Shown here one piece after another: positions 21,071 to 30,332 of a DNA stretch of 64,000 nt. Source of the stretch: Gammaproteobacteria bacterium (GTDB lineage: Bacteria > Pseudomonadota > Gammaproteobacteria > Pseudomonadales > JANQJO01); contig JANNXD010000056.1 of assembly GCA_031409375.1 (NCBI GenBank), positions 49,014-113,013 on the forward strand. Direction: 5' to 3'. Made by a program: the position numbers and the translations under genes. The notes under the pieces are model-generated. The model saw only the letters and a list, made by a program, of their open reading frames with translations, had not been told where the DNA came from and ran no database searches. Position 1 is the stretch's first letter. The number at the start of each line of letters is the position of its first letter.

Positions 21071-22046
21071 GCATGTTTCTCCGCTGATTTCTCAGCATTT
21101 GCTTGAACCCTGTGCCGATTGGCGCTGTGTGCAATACAATTTTAAGCTGATGGGAAGTCCTTGTCAGTGTATTGTGTATGGCCAAGATCCCGCGAACTTA
21201 AGTGTCATCATGCAGCAGGTTTTCACTGAGCTGCAAGCACTTGAACAACAATTTAGCCGTTATCAGCAAGACAGTTGGTTGTCGCAAGTTAATCAGGCGG
21301 CTGGTACGGGTCAGCCAGTATTGCAAACTCCGATGAGTTTGGCGTGGGTGTCTTATGCAGATCAAGCGTTTCAACAAAGCGGGGGGTTATTTGATGCGAC
21401 CGCTGGTGTGTTGCGTCAAGCTTGGGACTTTAAGGGCGGAAGGCTACCCGACCCTGCGCACATTGACGCCTTATTACCCTTAATTGGTTGGGATCAAGTG
21501 CAGTGGAATTCGCACAGTATTTATTTGCCGCTGTGTGGCATGCAGTTGGATTTTGGCGGTTTTGGAAAGGAATATGCAGCCGATTACGCCGCTGCGCGTT
21601 TTCGGGCTTTGGGTGTTGACCATGGTTTGGTCGATTTGGGTGGCGACTTGGCCGTTATCGGTTTGCAGCCGAATCAACAACCTTGGAAAGTTGGCGTGCG
21701 CGATCCATTTTTCAGAAATAGTCAGTCAAGGCCTAGTGGTCGGGCTGTGTGTCAATTGACCCTATCACAAGGTGGTTTAGCAACCAGTGGTATGTATGAG
21801 CGGTGTATCAGAACTGACTTAAAATGTTATGGTCATATTCTGCAACCGCGAACTGGTTGGCCTGCTGAAGATACTTGGGCTAGTGTTACCGTGCTGGCTT
21901 CGCAATGTATAGTGGCTGGTACTTTAAGTACGGTGAGTTTATTACAGTCAGCAGCAGATGCCCGTCATTGGTTACAAGAGACTGGTTTGTCTTATGTGCT
22001 AGTGGATGCCCAGGGCAGGGTTGAAACAGCGCAATTAAACTTTTAG
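21054..22046 (+). CDS. apbE: FAD:protein FMN transferase (ApbE family)
   Basis: 330 aa; LMGSPCQCIVYG (MGT-type strand), FDATAG, GGFGKEYAAD and LATSG motifs. TTG start overlaps the DUF3570 gene by 17 nt. No N-terminal hydrophobic signal is visible. Confidence 0.85.
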   Translation: MITVSEHVSPLISQHLLEPCADWRCVQYNFKLMGSPCQCIVYGQDPANLSVIMQQVFTELQALEQQFSRYQQDSWLSQVNQAAGTGQPVLQTPMSLAWVSYADQAFQQSGGLFDATAGVLRQAWDFKGGRLPDPAHIDALLPLIGWDQVQWNSHSIYLPLCGMQLDFGGFGKEYAADYAAARFRALGVDHGLVDLGGDLAVIGLQPNQQPWKVGVRDPFFRNSQSRPSGRAVCQLTLSQGGLATSGMYERCIRTDLKCYGHILQPRTGWPAEDTWASVTVLASQCIVAGTLSTVSLLQSAADARHWLQETGLSYVLVDAQGRVETAQLNF

Positions 22047-22155
22047 ACAGAGGCAGACATTTATGTCCGCCCCTATAAAATTTGAATTAGATAATGGTAG
22101 GGGCGAGCTTAAGTGTTGGCCTCTAAAAAAATGTTTGTCCATAACTAGGTGAATT

Positions 22156-23682
22156 ATGCAAATAGCGGAGACGATTGGCGATCATGCCAACTGGGGCCAA
22201 GTCAAGCGTTTACCTTTTAGTTTCGCCAAGCGCCATGGCGTGTTGATCAAAGCCATTACCGATCAAGGCGTAATTATTCAATATTTGCCAGGCGTACGCT
22301 CGGAAATTCTCGCTGAAGTCCAGCGCCATTTGCGCCTACCAGTGGCTTTTCAGGTCATTGATCAAACGGATTTTGATCGCAGTTTGACTCGTGCCTATCA
22401 AAGTGATTCCAGTGAAGCTATGCAAATGGTTGAGGGCATTGGTGATGATATGGATTTGGCCAGTCTTGCTGATTCCGTTCCTCAAACGGAAGATCTGATG
22501 GAACAGGAAGATGATGCGCCGATTATTCGACTAATTAATGCCATTTTAAGTGAGGCGGTACGCGAAAGCGCTTCAGATATTCATATCGAGACCTTTGAAA
22601 AGCGTATGGTCATTCGTATGCGTATTGACGGTGTATTACGTGAAATGGTGCAACCAAAACGTGAGTTAGCTTCTTTGCTGATTTCGCGTATTAAAGTTAT
22701 GGCCAAGTTGGATATTGCCGAAAAACGGGTGCCTCAAGATGGACGGATATCTTTAAAAATTGCTGGCCGTGAAGTCGATGTGCGGGTATCGACCATGCCT
22801 TCTAATTATGGTGAGCGCGTGGTATTGCGGTTGCTGGATAAAAATATCAGCAAACTCGATGTGTCGATTTTGGGCATGAATCCGGTTGATGAAAAACGCT
22901 TAATTGAGTTAATTGAAAAACCACACGGTATTATTTTGGTCACAGGCCCCACGGGTTCGGGTAAAACCACCACTTTATACGCAGCACTGACGCATTTAAA
23001 TAATCAAACACGTAATATTCTCACCGTTGAAGATCCCATTGAATATCAGTTAGAAGGCATTGGCCAAACGCAAGTGAACGTGAAAGTTGAAATGACCTTC
23101 GCGCGTGGATTGCGTGCCATTTTACGTCAAGATCCAGATGTGGTGATGGTCGGCGAAATTCGTGATTTGGAAACCGCTGAAATAGCCGTGCAGGCGAGTT
23201 TAACGGGTCACTTGGTCTTATCAACACTGCATACCAATAGTGCGGCTGGTGCGGTGACGCGTTTACATGATATGGGCATTGAGCCGTTTTTATTGTCTTC
23301 CAGTTTACTGGGCGTATTGGCGCAGCGGTTGGTACGTATGCTGTGTGTGCAGTGTCGAGAGCCTTATTCACCGTCGGAATCCGAGTTAAAGGTTTTGGGC
23401 GTCAATTTACAAGATCTTGGCCCAGATCATCAACCGACTGCCTATCACCCCAAAGGTTGCCAGCAGTGTAATTTCAGTGGTTATCGGGGCCGCAGTGGTA
23501 TTTATGAATTGATTGTGTTGGATGATGTGTTAAGACGCATGATTCATGATGGTGTTAGCGAGATGGATATCGAGCGTTATGCGCGTAGCTTAGGCGCAGG
23601 TATTCGTACGGATGGTTGCGAAAAAGTACTGGCTGGTGTCACTTCGCTGGAAGAAGTGCTGCGCGTGACGCGGGAAGGCTAA
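22156..23682 (+). CDS. gspE: Type II secretion ATPase GspE
   Basis: 508 aa; Walker [10 protein letters not shown], Asp/His boxes, C-terminal CxxC...CxxC tetracysteine motif. Confidence 0.93.
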   Translation: MQIAETIGDHANWGQVKRLPFSFAKRHGVLIKAITDQGVIIQYLPGVRSEILAEVQRHLRLPVAFQVIDQTDFDRSLTRAYQSDSSEAMQMVEGIGDDMDLASLADSVPQTEDLMEQEDDAPIIRLINAILSEAVRESASDIHIETFEKRMVIRMRIDGVLREMVQPKRELASLLISRIKVMAKLDIAEKRVPQDGRISLKIAGREVDVRVSTMPSNYGERVVLRLLDKNISKLDVSILGMNPVDEKRLIELIEKPHGIILVTGPTGSGKTTTLYAALTHLNNQTRNILTVEDPIEYQLEGIGQTQVNVKVEMTFARGLRAILRQDPDVVMVGEIRDLETAEIAVQASLTGHLVLSTLHTNSAAGAVTRLHDMGIEPFLLSSSLLGVLAQRLVRMLCVQCREPYSPSESELKVLGVNLQDLGPDHQPTAYHPKGCQQCNFSGYRGRSGIYELIVLDDVLRRMIHDGVSEMDIERYARSLGAGIRTDGCEKVLAGVTSLEEVLRVTREG

Positions 23683-23708
23683 ACTTAAAAGTACAGAAGG
23701 AAAAATAA

Positions 23709-24947
23709 GTGGCAGCGTTTGAATATGTGGTGCTGGACAATAAAGGGCGGCAAAAAAAAGGCACCTTAGAAGGCGACAGCGCCCGTCAAGTTCGTCAGAA
23801 ATTACGGGATGATGGTTTAGTCCCGATATCGGTGGAATCCACGGTTCAAACGGGTCGTGAACGTGATGAAAAAACCGGTAACGTGCGTGCTTCCCGTGGC
23901 AGCAGCCGGCTTTCTTTGCCAACACTCGATTTATCTGTATTTACGCGGCAGTTAGCCACTTTGGTACAAGCCGGGTTGCCAGTGGAAGAGGCTTTGAAAG
24001 CCATCTCTAAGCAAAGCGATAAACCAAAATTGCGAAGTATTGTCTTAGCGGTGCGTTCGCGTGTGGTTGAAGGTCATACGCTCGCCACTGGATTAAGTGA
24101 TTTTCCGCGCGCTTTCCCTGAAATTTATCGTGCTACGGTTGCAGCGGGTGAACACTCAGGGCATTTAGATTTGGTGTTGGAGCAATTGGCGGACTATACC
24201 GAAAGCAGTCACGATACCACCCGTAAAGTTAAAGGCGCGTTGATTTATCCAATTGTCTTAGTCTCCTTTAGCTTGTTGATTGTGATTGGATTGCTGAATT
24301 TTGTGGTACCGAAAATGGTATCGGTCTTTGAAAGTTCTGGCCATGCATTGCCAGGTTTGACTGTGGGCTTAATTGCGGTCAGTGAAGCCATTCAGCACTA
24401 TGGTATTTATATGTTACTGGCCATTATTGGTGCGGTGATGGGAGTACGTTATTTATTAAAGCAGCCGCTGATTCGTTTTCGTGTGCATCGCGTGTTATTA
24501 AAAATGCCAGTAATAGGGCGTTTATCACAAGTGATTAATGCCAGCCGCGTAGCCAATACGTTAAGCATTTTATCGCGTAGCGGTGTGCAATTAGTGGATG
24601 GTTTATCAATTGCTGCTCAAGTTACCACCAATGTATGTATTCGCAAAGCGGTACAAGATGCGGCGGTAATGTTGCGCGAAGGCTCGAGTTTACATCGTTC
24701 ATTAGATCAGTCTGGGCATTTTCCACCCATGTTGATTCAGATGATTGCCAGTGGGGAGTCCAGTGGAGAGTTGGATGCCATGTTAACACGTGCCGCGCGT
24801 GCTCAAGATCGGGAATTACAAAGTTCTATTTCTACCATCGTCAGTTTATTTGAACCTTTGATGATGATGTTTATGGGGGTGGTGATTTTAGTGATTGTTT
24901 TGGCAATTATGTTGCCAGTGATTAGTATGAATTCTTTAGTGAGTTAA
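23709..24947 (+). CDS. gspF: Type II secretion inner-membrane platform protein GspF
   Basis: 412 aa; MAAFEYVVLD start; duplicated T2SSF domains. Confidence 0.93.
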   Translation: MAAFEYVVLDNKGRQKKGTLEGDSARQVRQKLRDDGLVPISVESTVQTGRERDEKTGNVRASRGSSRLSLPTLDLSVFTRQLATLVQAGLPVEEALKAISKQSDKPKLRSIVLAVRSRVVEGHTLATGLSDFPRAFPEIYRATVAAGEHSGHLDLVLEQLADYTESSHDTTRKVKGALIYPIVLVSFSLLIVIGLLNFVVPKMVSVFESSGHALPGLTVGLIAVSEAIQHYGIYMLLAIIGAVMGVRYLLKQPLIRFRVHRVLLKMPVIGRLSQVINASRVANTLSILSRSGVQLVDGLSIAAQVTTNVCIRKAVQDAAVMLREGSSLHRSLDQSGHFPPMLIQMIASGESSGELDAMLTRAARAQDRELQSSISTIVSLFEPLMMMFMGVVILVIVLAIMLPVISMNSLVS

Positions 24948-24973
24948 TTTTTTTATTGGTCGAGGAGAAAAAA

Positions 24974-25396
24974 ATGCAGTCGTTACAGCGTGGTTTAACG
25001 TTAATTGAAGTCATGGTGGTGGTGATGATTCTTGGCATTCTTGCTGCGTTGATTGTGCCGAATATTGTTGGTCGTGATGATCAAGCACGCGTCAGCGTCG
25101 TGGCCAGTGATCTACATGCAGTTGCCAGTGCTTTAGAAATGTTTAAGCTGGATAATTTCAATTATCCAAATCAAGAACAAGGTCTAGAAGCCTTGGCTAA
25201 AGATCCGGGGAATTTACCTAACTGGAACAAAAATGGGTATTTAAAAAAGCTACCTAAAGATCCTTGGGGAAAACCCTATATTTATATTCCGCCTGCGCAG
25301 ACTGGACAATATGACATCGTTAGTCTCGGTGCTGATGGACAAGAAGGGGGCGAGGGTGTTGCAAAGGACATTAGCTTATCCGAAACTGAAAAATAA
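24974..25396 (+). CDS. gspG: Major pseudopilin GspG
   Basis: MQSLQRG/LTLIEVMVVV prepilin leader, DPWGKPY and LGADGQEGG motifs; GAGGAG SD before ATG 24974. Confidence 0.93.
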   Translation: MQSLQRGLTLIEVMVVVMILGILAALIVPNIVGRDDQARVSVVASDLHAVASALEMFKLDNFNYPNQEQGLEALAKDPGNLPNWNKNGYLKKLPKDPWGKPYIYIPPAQTGQYDIVSLGADGQEGGEGVAKDISLSETEK

Positions 25397-26081
25397 TCAG
25401 GTCTTAATTAACATTGCACCACGTGGATTTACTCTGATTGAATTGATGGTCGTTATCACCGTGATCGCAATTCTTGCGGGGGTAGTGCTATTTAATGTTA
25501 ATTTTAACTCAGATAAGCGCAATGTGCAGACTACCGCACGCCAGCTGCAACAACTCGCACAAGTTGCATCCGATGAAGCTTTGCAGCTGGATCGCTTATT
25601 GGGTATCGAACTATTCACTGATGGTTATCGGTTTTTAGAATGGGTGGAGCCCGAACAAGGGATAAGGGCTCCTGATCAGGCTGCGGCACCTAATAATGGA
25701 TCTGACTTGCAGACAAAGACAGCGCCAATTCATAACCAAGGTTTGCCACAAGCGGGTTATTGGGGTTTACTCCAAGGTGATAAATTTTTAAAGCAACAGC
25801 GTTTCAAACAAAATAATGATGTAGTCGTTGAATTGGAAATGGCGAATAGCAGAATCGAATTACTGCCGATGGATACCGCCACCCGCGTGAATGAAAAAAA
25901 ATTGGATAATAAAAAGAAAAGACCATCGTATCAACCGCATTTAATTTTTTCGCCTAGCGGTGAAGCCGAAGATTTTACATTAACAGTGTCTGCTAAAAAT
26001 GATAGTCATTATAAATTTGTACTGCGTGGTGATGTCCTCGGAAAATTATTGTTGCAAGAACCTGGTAAGGACGAAGAGTGA
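25311..26081 (+). CDS. gspH: Minor pseudopilin GspH (start uncertain)
   Basis: RG/FTLIELMVVITVIAILAG prepilin motif at about 25422. The only in-frame ATGs (25311, 25335) lie inside gspG, and no ATG/GTG/TTG lies just upstream of the leader. Confidence 0.7.
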   Translation: MTSLVSVLMDKKGARVLQRTLAYPKLKNNQVLINIAPRGFTLIELMVVITVIAILAGVVLFNVNFNSDKRNVQTTARQLQQLAQVASDEALQLDRLLGIELFTDGYRFLEWVEPEQGIRAPDQAAAPNNGSDLQTKTAPIHNQGLPQAGYWGLLQGDKFLKQQRFKQNNDVVVELEMANSRIELLPMDTATRVNEKKLDNKKKRPSYQPHLIFSPSGEAEDFTLTVSAKNDSHYKFVLRGDVLGKLLLQEPGKDEE

Positions 26082-26137
26082 AGCTTGCTGAGGTTAAATT
26101 TGCTGAGTTAAAGCGCACGGGTGTGCTTATTAATGAA

Positions 26138-26593
26138 GTGCAAATTGGAGCACTTCGTGGTTTTACGCTGATTGAAGTGGTGATTGCCATGGCAATTATT
26201 GCTTTAGTGGTCACACAGCTCAGCGCTGCAATCGAGCAAAGCCACTTTACCCGTGGTCGGTTGGAACAAAAAACATTAGCGCATACCTTGGCGATGAATC
26301 GTATTACCGAACTGCAAGTGACAGATCCGCCACCTGCTGTAGGCAGTCAAGATGATGATGCCGAGCTGGCAAGACAAAAATGGGTTGTGAACACCACCAC
26401 ACAATTGGCGCAACCGAATATATTACAGATCGATGTTGCCGTGAGCTTAAAAGTCGAAGGTGGTGAACCCTTGTTATTGGATAAAATTCGCATGTTAAAA
26501 GTACAAAAAGCTTCGTGGACACCGGTAAGGGCTCAAGGTGATTCGGGTGGTGAATTTAACAACAGCGCATCTGGTAGTGATGAATCTGGTTAA
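26138..26593 (+). CDS. gspI: Minor pseudopilin GspI
   Basis: VQIGALRG/FTLIEVVIAMAI prepilin motif. GTG 26138 gives a normal short leader; the track ORF opens at GTG 26078. Confidence 0.8.
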   Translation: MQIGALRGFTLIEVVIAMAIIALVVTQLSAAIEQSHFTRGRLEQKTLAHTLAMNRITELQVTDPPPAVGSQDDDAELARQKWVVNTTTQLAQPNILQIDVAVSLKVEGGEPLLLDKIRMLKVQKASWTPVRAQGDSGGEFNNSASGSDESG

Positions 26594-27333
26594 TGATAAT
26601 GAACCCAGTATTGAATAAATCGTGGCGATTAAACGGCTTTACCTTGCTGGAGCTTGTGGTCGCGATTGCCATTTTTTCGATTATCTCTACAGCATCCGCC
26701 TATTTTATTCGTAACGTCTTACTGGCGCAGGAGCGCGGTAATGAAATTGCTACGCAGTTGGAAGATTTGCAAAAAGTGTGGTTATTGTTACAGCAAGATA
26801 TTGAACAGGTGGTGGCGCGTAGTATTCGCGATCAACATGGCGATCAGCAACCGGCTTTAAGCGGTGATCAGCAACAAGTAGCTTTTACGCGTATTGGCTG
26901 GCCTTTATTGCCACCTAGAGAAATCCTGCGAGCGGAAAAAAAAGAAGATTCTAAGGGTGTGTTACCCCGTAGTGAAGTGTTGCGAGTACGTTATTATTTA
27001 GAAAACGAGCAATTGATGCGGGCATATTGGCCGGTGCCGGACCAGGCGGAGGATGCCCAACCACAAATCTCAACCGTGTTATCCAACGTGAAATCCATGC
27101 AATTGCAATATGTTTTTTCTACCCAAAATGCTAAGCAACAAACATCGGATCTTTGGCCACCTGATCCTGCCTACTTTCCTGATGCGCCTTTGTTGCCGCA
27201 ATCGGTGAAAGTGACGTTAACCTTTGATCGATATGGTGAGCTTTATCGTTGGTTTGAAATTTTGAACCATGCACCTACATCGGCACTGTTAAGCGGCCAG
27301 CCAACGCCGAGTCCGGCCAAAGGCGGTGGCTAA
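26593..27333 (+). CDS. gspJ: Minor pseudopilin GspJ
   Basis: RLNG/FTLLELVVAIAIF prepilin motif; ATG overlaps the gspI stop. Confidence 0.85.
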   Translation: MIMNPVLNKSWRLNGFTLLELVVAIAIFSIISTASAYFIRNVLLAQERGNEIATQLEDLQKVWLLLQQDIEQVVARSIRDQHGDQQPALSGDQQQVAFTRIGWPLLPPREILRAEKKEDSKGVLPRSEVLRVRYYLENEQLMRAYWPVPDQAEDAQPQISTVLSNVKSMQLQYVFSTQNAKQQTSDLWPPDPAYFPDAPLLPQSVKVTLTFDRYGELYRWFEILNHAPTSALLSGQPTPSPAKGGG

Positions 27334-28331
27334 TGTTGTTTCCTAAATATCAGCAGGGTGCCGCGTTAATTACGGTGTTACTGATTTTTGCTATCGCCAG
27401 TTATTTGGTTGGTGAAATGTTTGGTCGTTTGGATGAAGATCTGCGCCGTACCTCGAATGTTATTGCCCTAGATCAAGCTTATGTGTACGCCCGTTCAGCA
27501 GAGCAACTGGCAATTGACGTGCTGCTACAAGATTTAAAAAATGATTACGAAAAAGACTTTAAATTAGCGGAAGATGATTTGAATGAACCATGGGCAACAC
27601 CGGTAACTTTGCCTTTAGAGGGTGGCAGTATTAGCGCGCATTTAACGGATCTGCAAAGCCGCTTCAATATCAATCAACTTAAGGTTTCTGATGGAGTGGT
27701 GTCGCGCAGCACTGTAACTTGCTTATTAAGTAATCTTGAGCTATTAGAGGTTGATCAGCGTTCTTTATGGGTAGATTCAGTATTGGAGTGGATAGATGCT
27801 GATAACCTGCCGCAAACGCAAGGTGCAGAAGACGACTATTATCTAGGGTTAGAAAAGCCGTATCGTACGGCCAATCAGCCCATGGTCTCGGTGAGTGAGT
27901 TAAATTTGATTAAAGGTAGTAATCGGGTTTTATATGAAAAACTACAACCATGGTTGACGGCGTTACCGGTTGAAGTACCGATCAATATAAATACGGTGGA
28001 TCCACAGCTGTTGCGTTGTGTCAGTGGGTTAGATGTCAATAAAATTATTGAAGGGCGACAAAAGCAAGGTTATGAGTCGGTTGCTTTGGCTTTACAAGGC
28101 CAATCGATCACTCAGCCAGCAGCTGAAGGGACTCCTCGCTTAGACCCCAAAAATTTTAGTGTCAGTAGCCAATATTTTTTGTTATCCGTGGCGGTGACGA
28201 TTTTGGATCGTAAATTGACGTTAGAAAGTGTGATCTATCGACCTGAGCATTCATCGTCTCAGGATCCGATTCGAGTGATTAGTCGTAATCGTTCGCGGCA
28301 GTATCACACCCAGCTTGCGCCCACTTCTTAG
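27333..28331 (+). CDS. gspK: Minor pseudopilin GspK
   Basis: 332 aa; QQGAALITVLL N-terminus, DLQSRFNIN and helix-hairpin-helix-like region typical of GspK. Confidence 0.85.
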   Translation: MLFPKYQQGAALITVLLIFAIASYLVGEMFGRLDEDLRRTSNVIALDQAYVYARSAEQLAIDVLLQDLKNDYEKDFKLAEDDLNEPWATPVTLPLEGGSISAHLTDLQSRFNINQLKVSDGVVSRSTVTCLLSNLELLEVDQRSLWVDSVLEWIDADNLPQTQGAEDDYYLGLEKPYRTANQPMVSVSELNLIKGSNRVLYEKLQPWLTALPVEVPININTVDPQLLRCVSGLDVNKIIEGRQKQGYESVALALQGQSITQPAAEGTPRLDPKNFSVSSQYFLLSVAVTILDRKLTLESVIYRPEHSSSQDPIRVISRNRSRQYHTQLAPTS

Positions 28332-28390
28332 CAAGTGTTAGCCGTTTGGCGGCTTCAGATAGGCCAGTATTTTTAAAAAGGGTAATGGTT

Positions 28391-29692
28391 ATGGATATGT
28401 TGATTATTCGGTTAGATTCGCAAGCAGTGCTGCTGCCATTAGCCGAACAGACGGTTGAGTGGGGCTTATTACGCGATGGCGATTTGATTGCAGGCCCTTA
28501 TCGTATGCCGCTGCAAGACATTAAAAGTACCTTAAAATCGGATGCATTATTAGATGCCTTGATTGTTATTCCAGGCGAAAGCGTGCTGCTGACGGAAGTC
28601 AGTGTGCCCTCACAAAAAACTAAGCATTTGATTCGTGCCGTGCCTTATTTGCTCGAAGAACAGCTAACTGATGACGTAGAAAGCCTCCATTTTGTTGTGC
28701 TGGCTAAGGTAGAAAACGGCAAGGTGAATGTTGCGGTGATGAATCGTGAATTACTCAAAGACTGGTTAGCACAACTCCATGCTTTGGGTATTAATGCTAT
28801 CACTATGGTGCCTGATGTGCTGTCAATACCTATTCAATCCCAGCATTGGTATCTAATTCTGCAGCGCCAGCGTACTTTATTGCGTATCGGTGATTATCAG
28901 GGGTTGGCTTTTCCAAACACCCAGATGCCTGTATTTCTCGATACGTTATTTGAACAGATTAATCTTGCCCAGGAACCAATCCAAATGCAGCTGATTCATG
29001 AAATCAGCGATAAGGTATCGGGGCGCATACTGAATGCCTTAAAACTTGAAATTGAATCCACTGAGGCAGCAGGTTTATTGACGGTTAACCGCCAGCATAT
29101 TGATAGCAGTTGTTTTGAAATTATGGCGAAAACCTTATATAACCAACAGCTAGAAAAAAAACAGCCAAATTTATTGCAAGGAGCGTTTAAAACCAAATCT
29201 AAGGGGGGTGATCTTCGTGTCAATCCGTTGCCCTTAGTTGCGTGCCTCGCCATTTTTGGCGTCTTACAACTGGGTTTTTGGTTGGGCCAAGGTTGGTATT
29301 TAAATAAAAGAGCTGATGTATTAGATCAACAGGTAGACAGCTTTTATCGGCAGCATTTTCCCAATGCCCCCAGTGGGTTGAGTAAGATAAAATCTTTACA
29401 AAAGCTGTTAGAGGCACCGCCGGCATCTTCTCAAGTAGGCTTTATCAGCCTATTGCAGGTGATGGGGCAACAGATGCAGCAATTAACTCAGGGTAATTCC
29501 CAAAAAATGGCAATTCGTAGTTTGACCTTTAGGGGTGATAAGTCCAGCCTACAGGTGGAATTAAATGTTGAGGATTTTGGTTTGCTTGATCAGTTAAAAG
29601 GCTTAATTGAGCAAGCAGGCCCAAAAGTTGTTATTGAAGGGGCAACAAAGGAAAAAGAGAAAGTTAAAGCGCGATTGACGCTTTCTGCGTAA
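28391..29692 (+). CDS. gspL: Type II secretion protein GspL
   Basis: About 430 aa, single central TM segment (LPLVACLAIFGVLQLGFWL), positioned between gspK and gspM. The start among ATGs 28385/28391/28397 is uncertain. Confidence 0.8.
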   Translation: MDMLIIRLDSQAVLLPLAEQTVEWGLLRDGDLIAGPYRMPLQDIKSTLKSDALLDALIVIPGESVLLTEVSVPSQKTKHLIRAVPYLLEEQLTDDVESLHFVVLAKVENGKVNVAVMNRELLKDWLAQLHALGINAITMVPDVLSIPIQSQHWYLILQRQRTLLRIGDYQGLAFPNTQMPVFLDTLFEQINLAQEPIQMQLIHEISDKVSGRILNALKLEIESTEAAGLLTVNRQHIDSSCFEIMAKTLYNQQLEKKQPNLLQGAFKTKSKGGDLRVNPLPLVACLAIFGVLQLGFWLGQGWYLNKRADVLDQQVDSFYRQHFPNAPSGLSKIKSLQKLLEAPPASSQVGFISLLQVMGQQMQQLTQGNSQKMAIRSLTFRGDKSSLQVELNVEDFGLLDQLKGLIEQAGPKVVIEGATKEKEKVKARLTLSA

Positions 29693-29745
29693 AAGTTGAA
29701 TTTGCGCAGAGCAGAGCAGAAGAGAAGCATAAGCTGAGGATAACC

Positions 29746-30249
29746 ATGCAGGAATTGCAACAGTTTTGGATGCAACTATTGGATAAGTGGACGCACTTAA
29801 GCGCACGCGATCGTTGGGCGTTGGGCGGTCTTTCGGTATTTTTGTTATTAGTAATACTATATATCTGCATCGTGTCTCCGATTGTGCAGTATCAACAAAC
29901 TGCCAGTAAACGTTATCTAAACAGCGTCGAGTTGGATAGTTGGATTGACAGTCATCGAGCTCGCTTAGATGCGCCTAATACCAATGATGCACAAATAAGT
30001 AAACGTCGAGGTCGATCACTGGTAGCGATAGTTAGCGAAACTAGCCGGGAATATCAATTAGACATCAGTCGTGTTGAACCAAAAGAACAAAATATCGTGC
30101 GCTTGTGGTTAGATTCGGTTAAGTTTAATGATTTATTGACTTGGTTCGGTATCTTATACGAGCAATACGGTATTGCGATTCAAGAAATCAGTATTGATCA
30201 AACCGACACCGCCGGTGTTGTTCGTGTCAACGTGACCTTTCGAGGTTAG
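29746..30249 (+). CDS. gspM: Type II secretion protein GspM
   Basis: 167 aa; N-terminal TM anchor after LSARDRW; position after gspL. Confidence 0.8.
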   Translation: MQELQQFWMQLLDKWTHLSARDRWALGGLSVFLLLVILYICIVSPIVQYQQTASKRYLNSVELDSWIDSHRARLDAPNTNDAQISKRRGRSLVAIVSETSREYQLDISRVEPKEQNIVRLWLDSVKFNDLLTWFGILYEQYGIAIQEISIDQTDTAGVVRVNVTFRG

Positions 30250-30332
30250 GCGGAGTAATTGATTGCTCGGCGTGAAGCAATCAACACGGACGTTCGTCAA
30301 GAAAGACAAAAATACCGAGTGAATGTTTTGCC

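Noticed and set aside
22049-22124. Nested inverted repeats between apbE and gspE (AGAGGC...GCCTCT enclosing CGCCCCTA...TAGGGGCG)
   Set aside because: It looked like a terminator, but the loop is 22 nt and no U-tract follows on either strand. It may be a REP-like or mRNA-stability hairpin, and I cannot support more than that.
30259-30284. 9-bp perfect hairpin (TTGATTGCT/AGCAATCAA) between gspM and exeA
   Set aside because: It has no downstream U-tract, so it is probably an intercistronic stabiliser or partial pause site. This is not enough to call a terminator.
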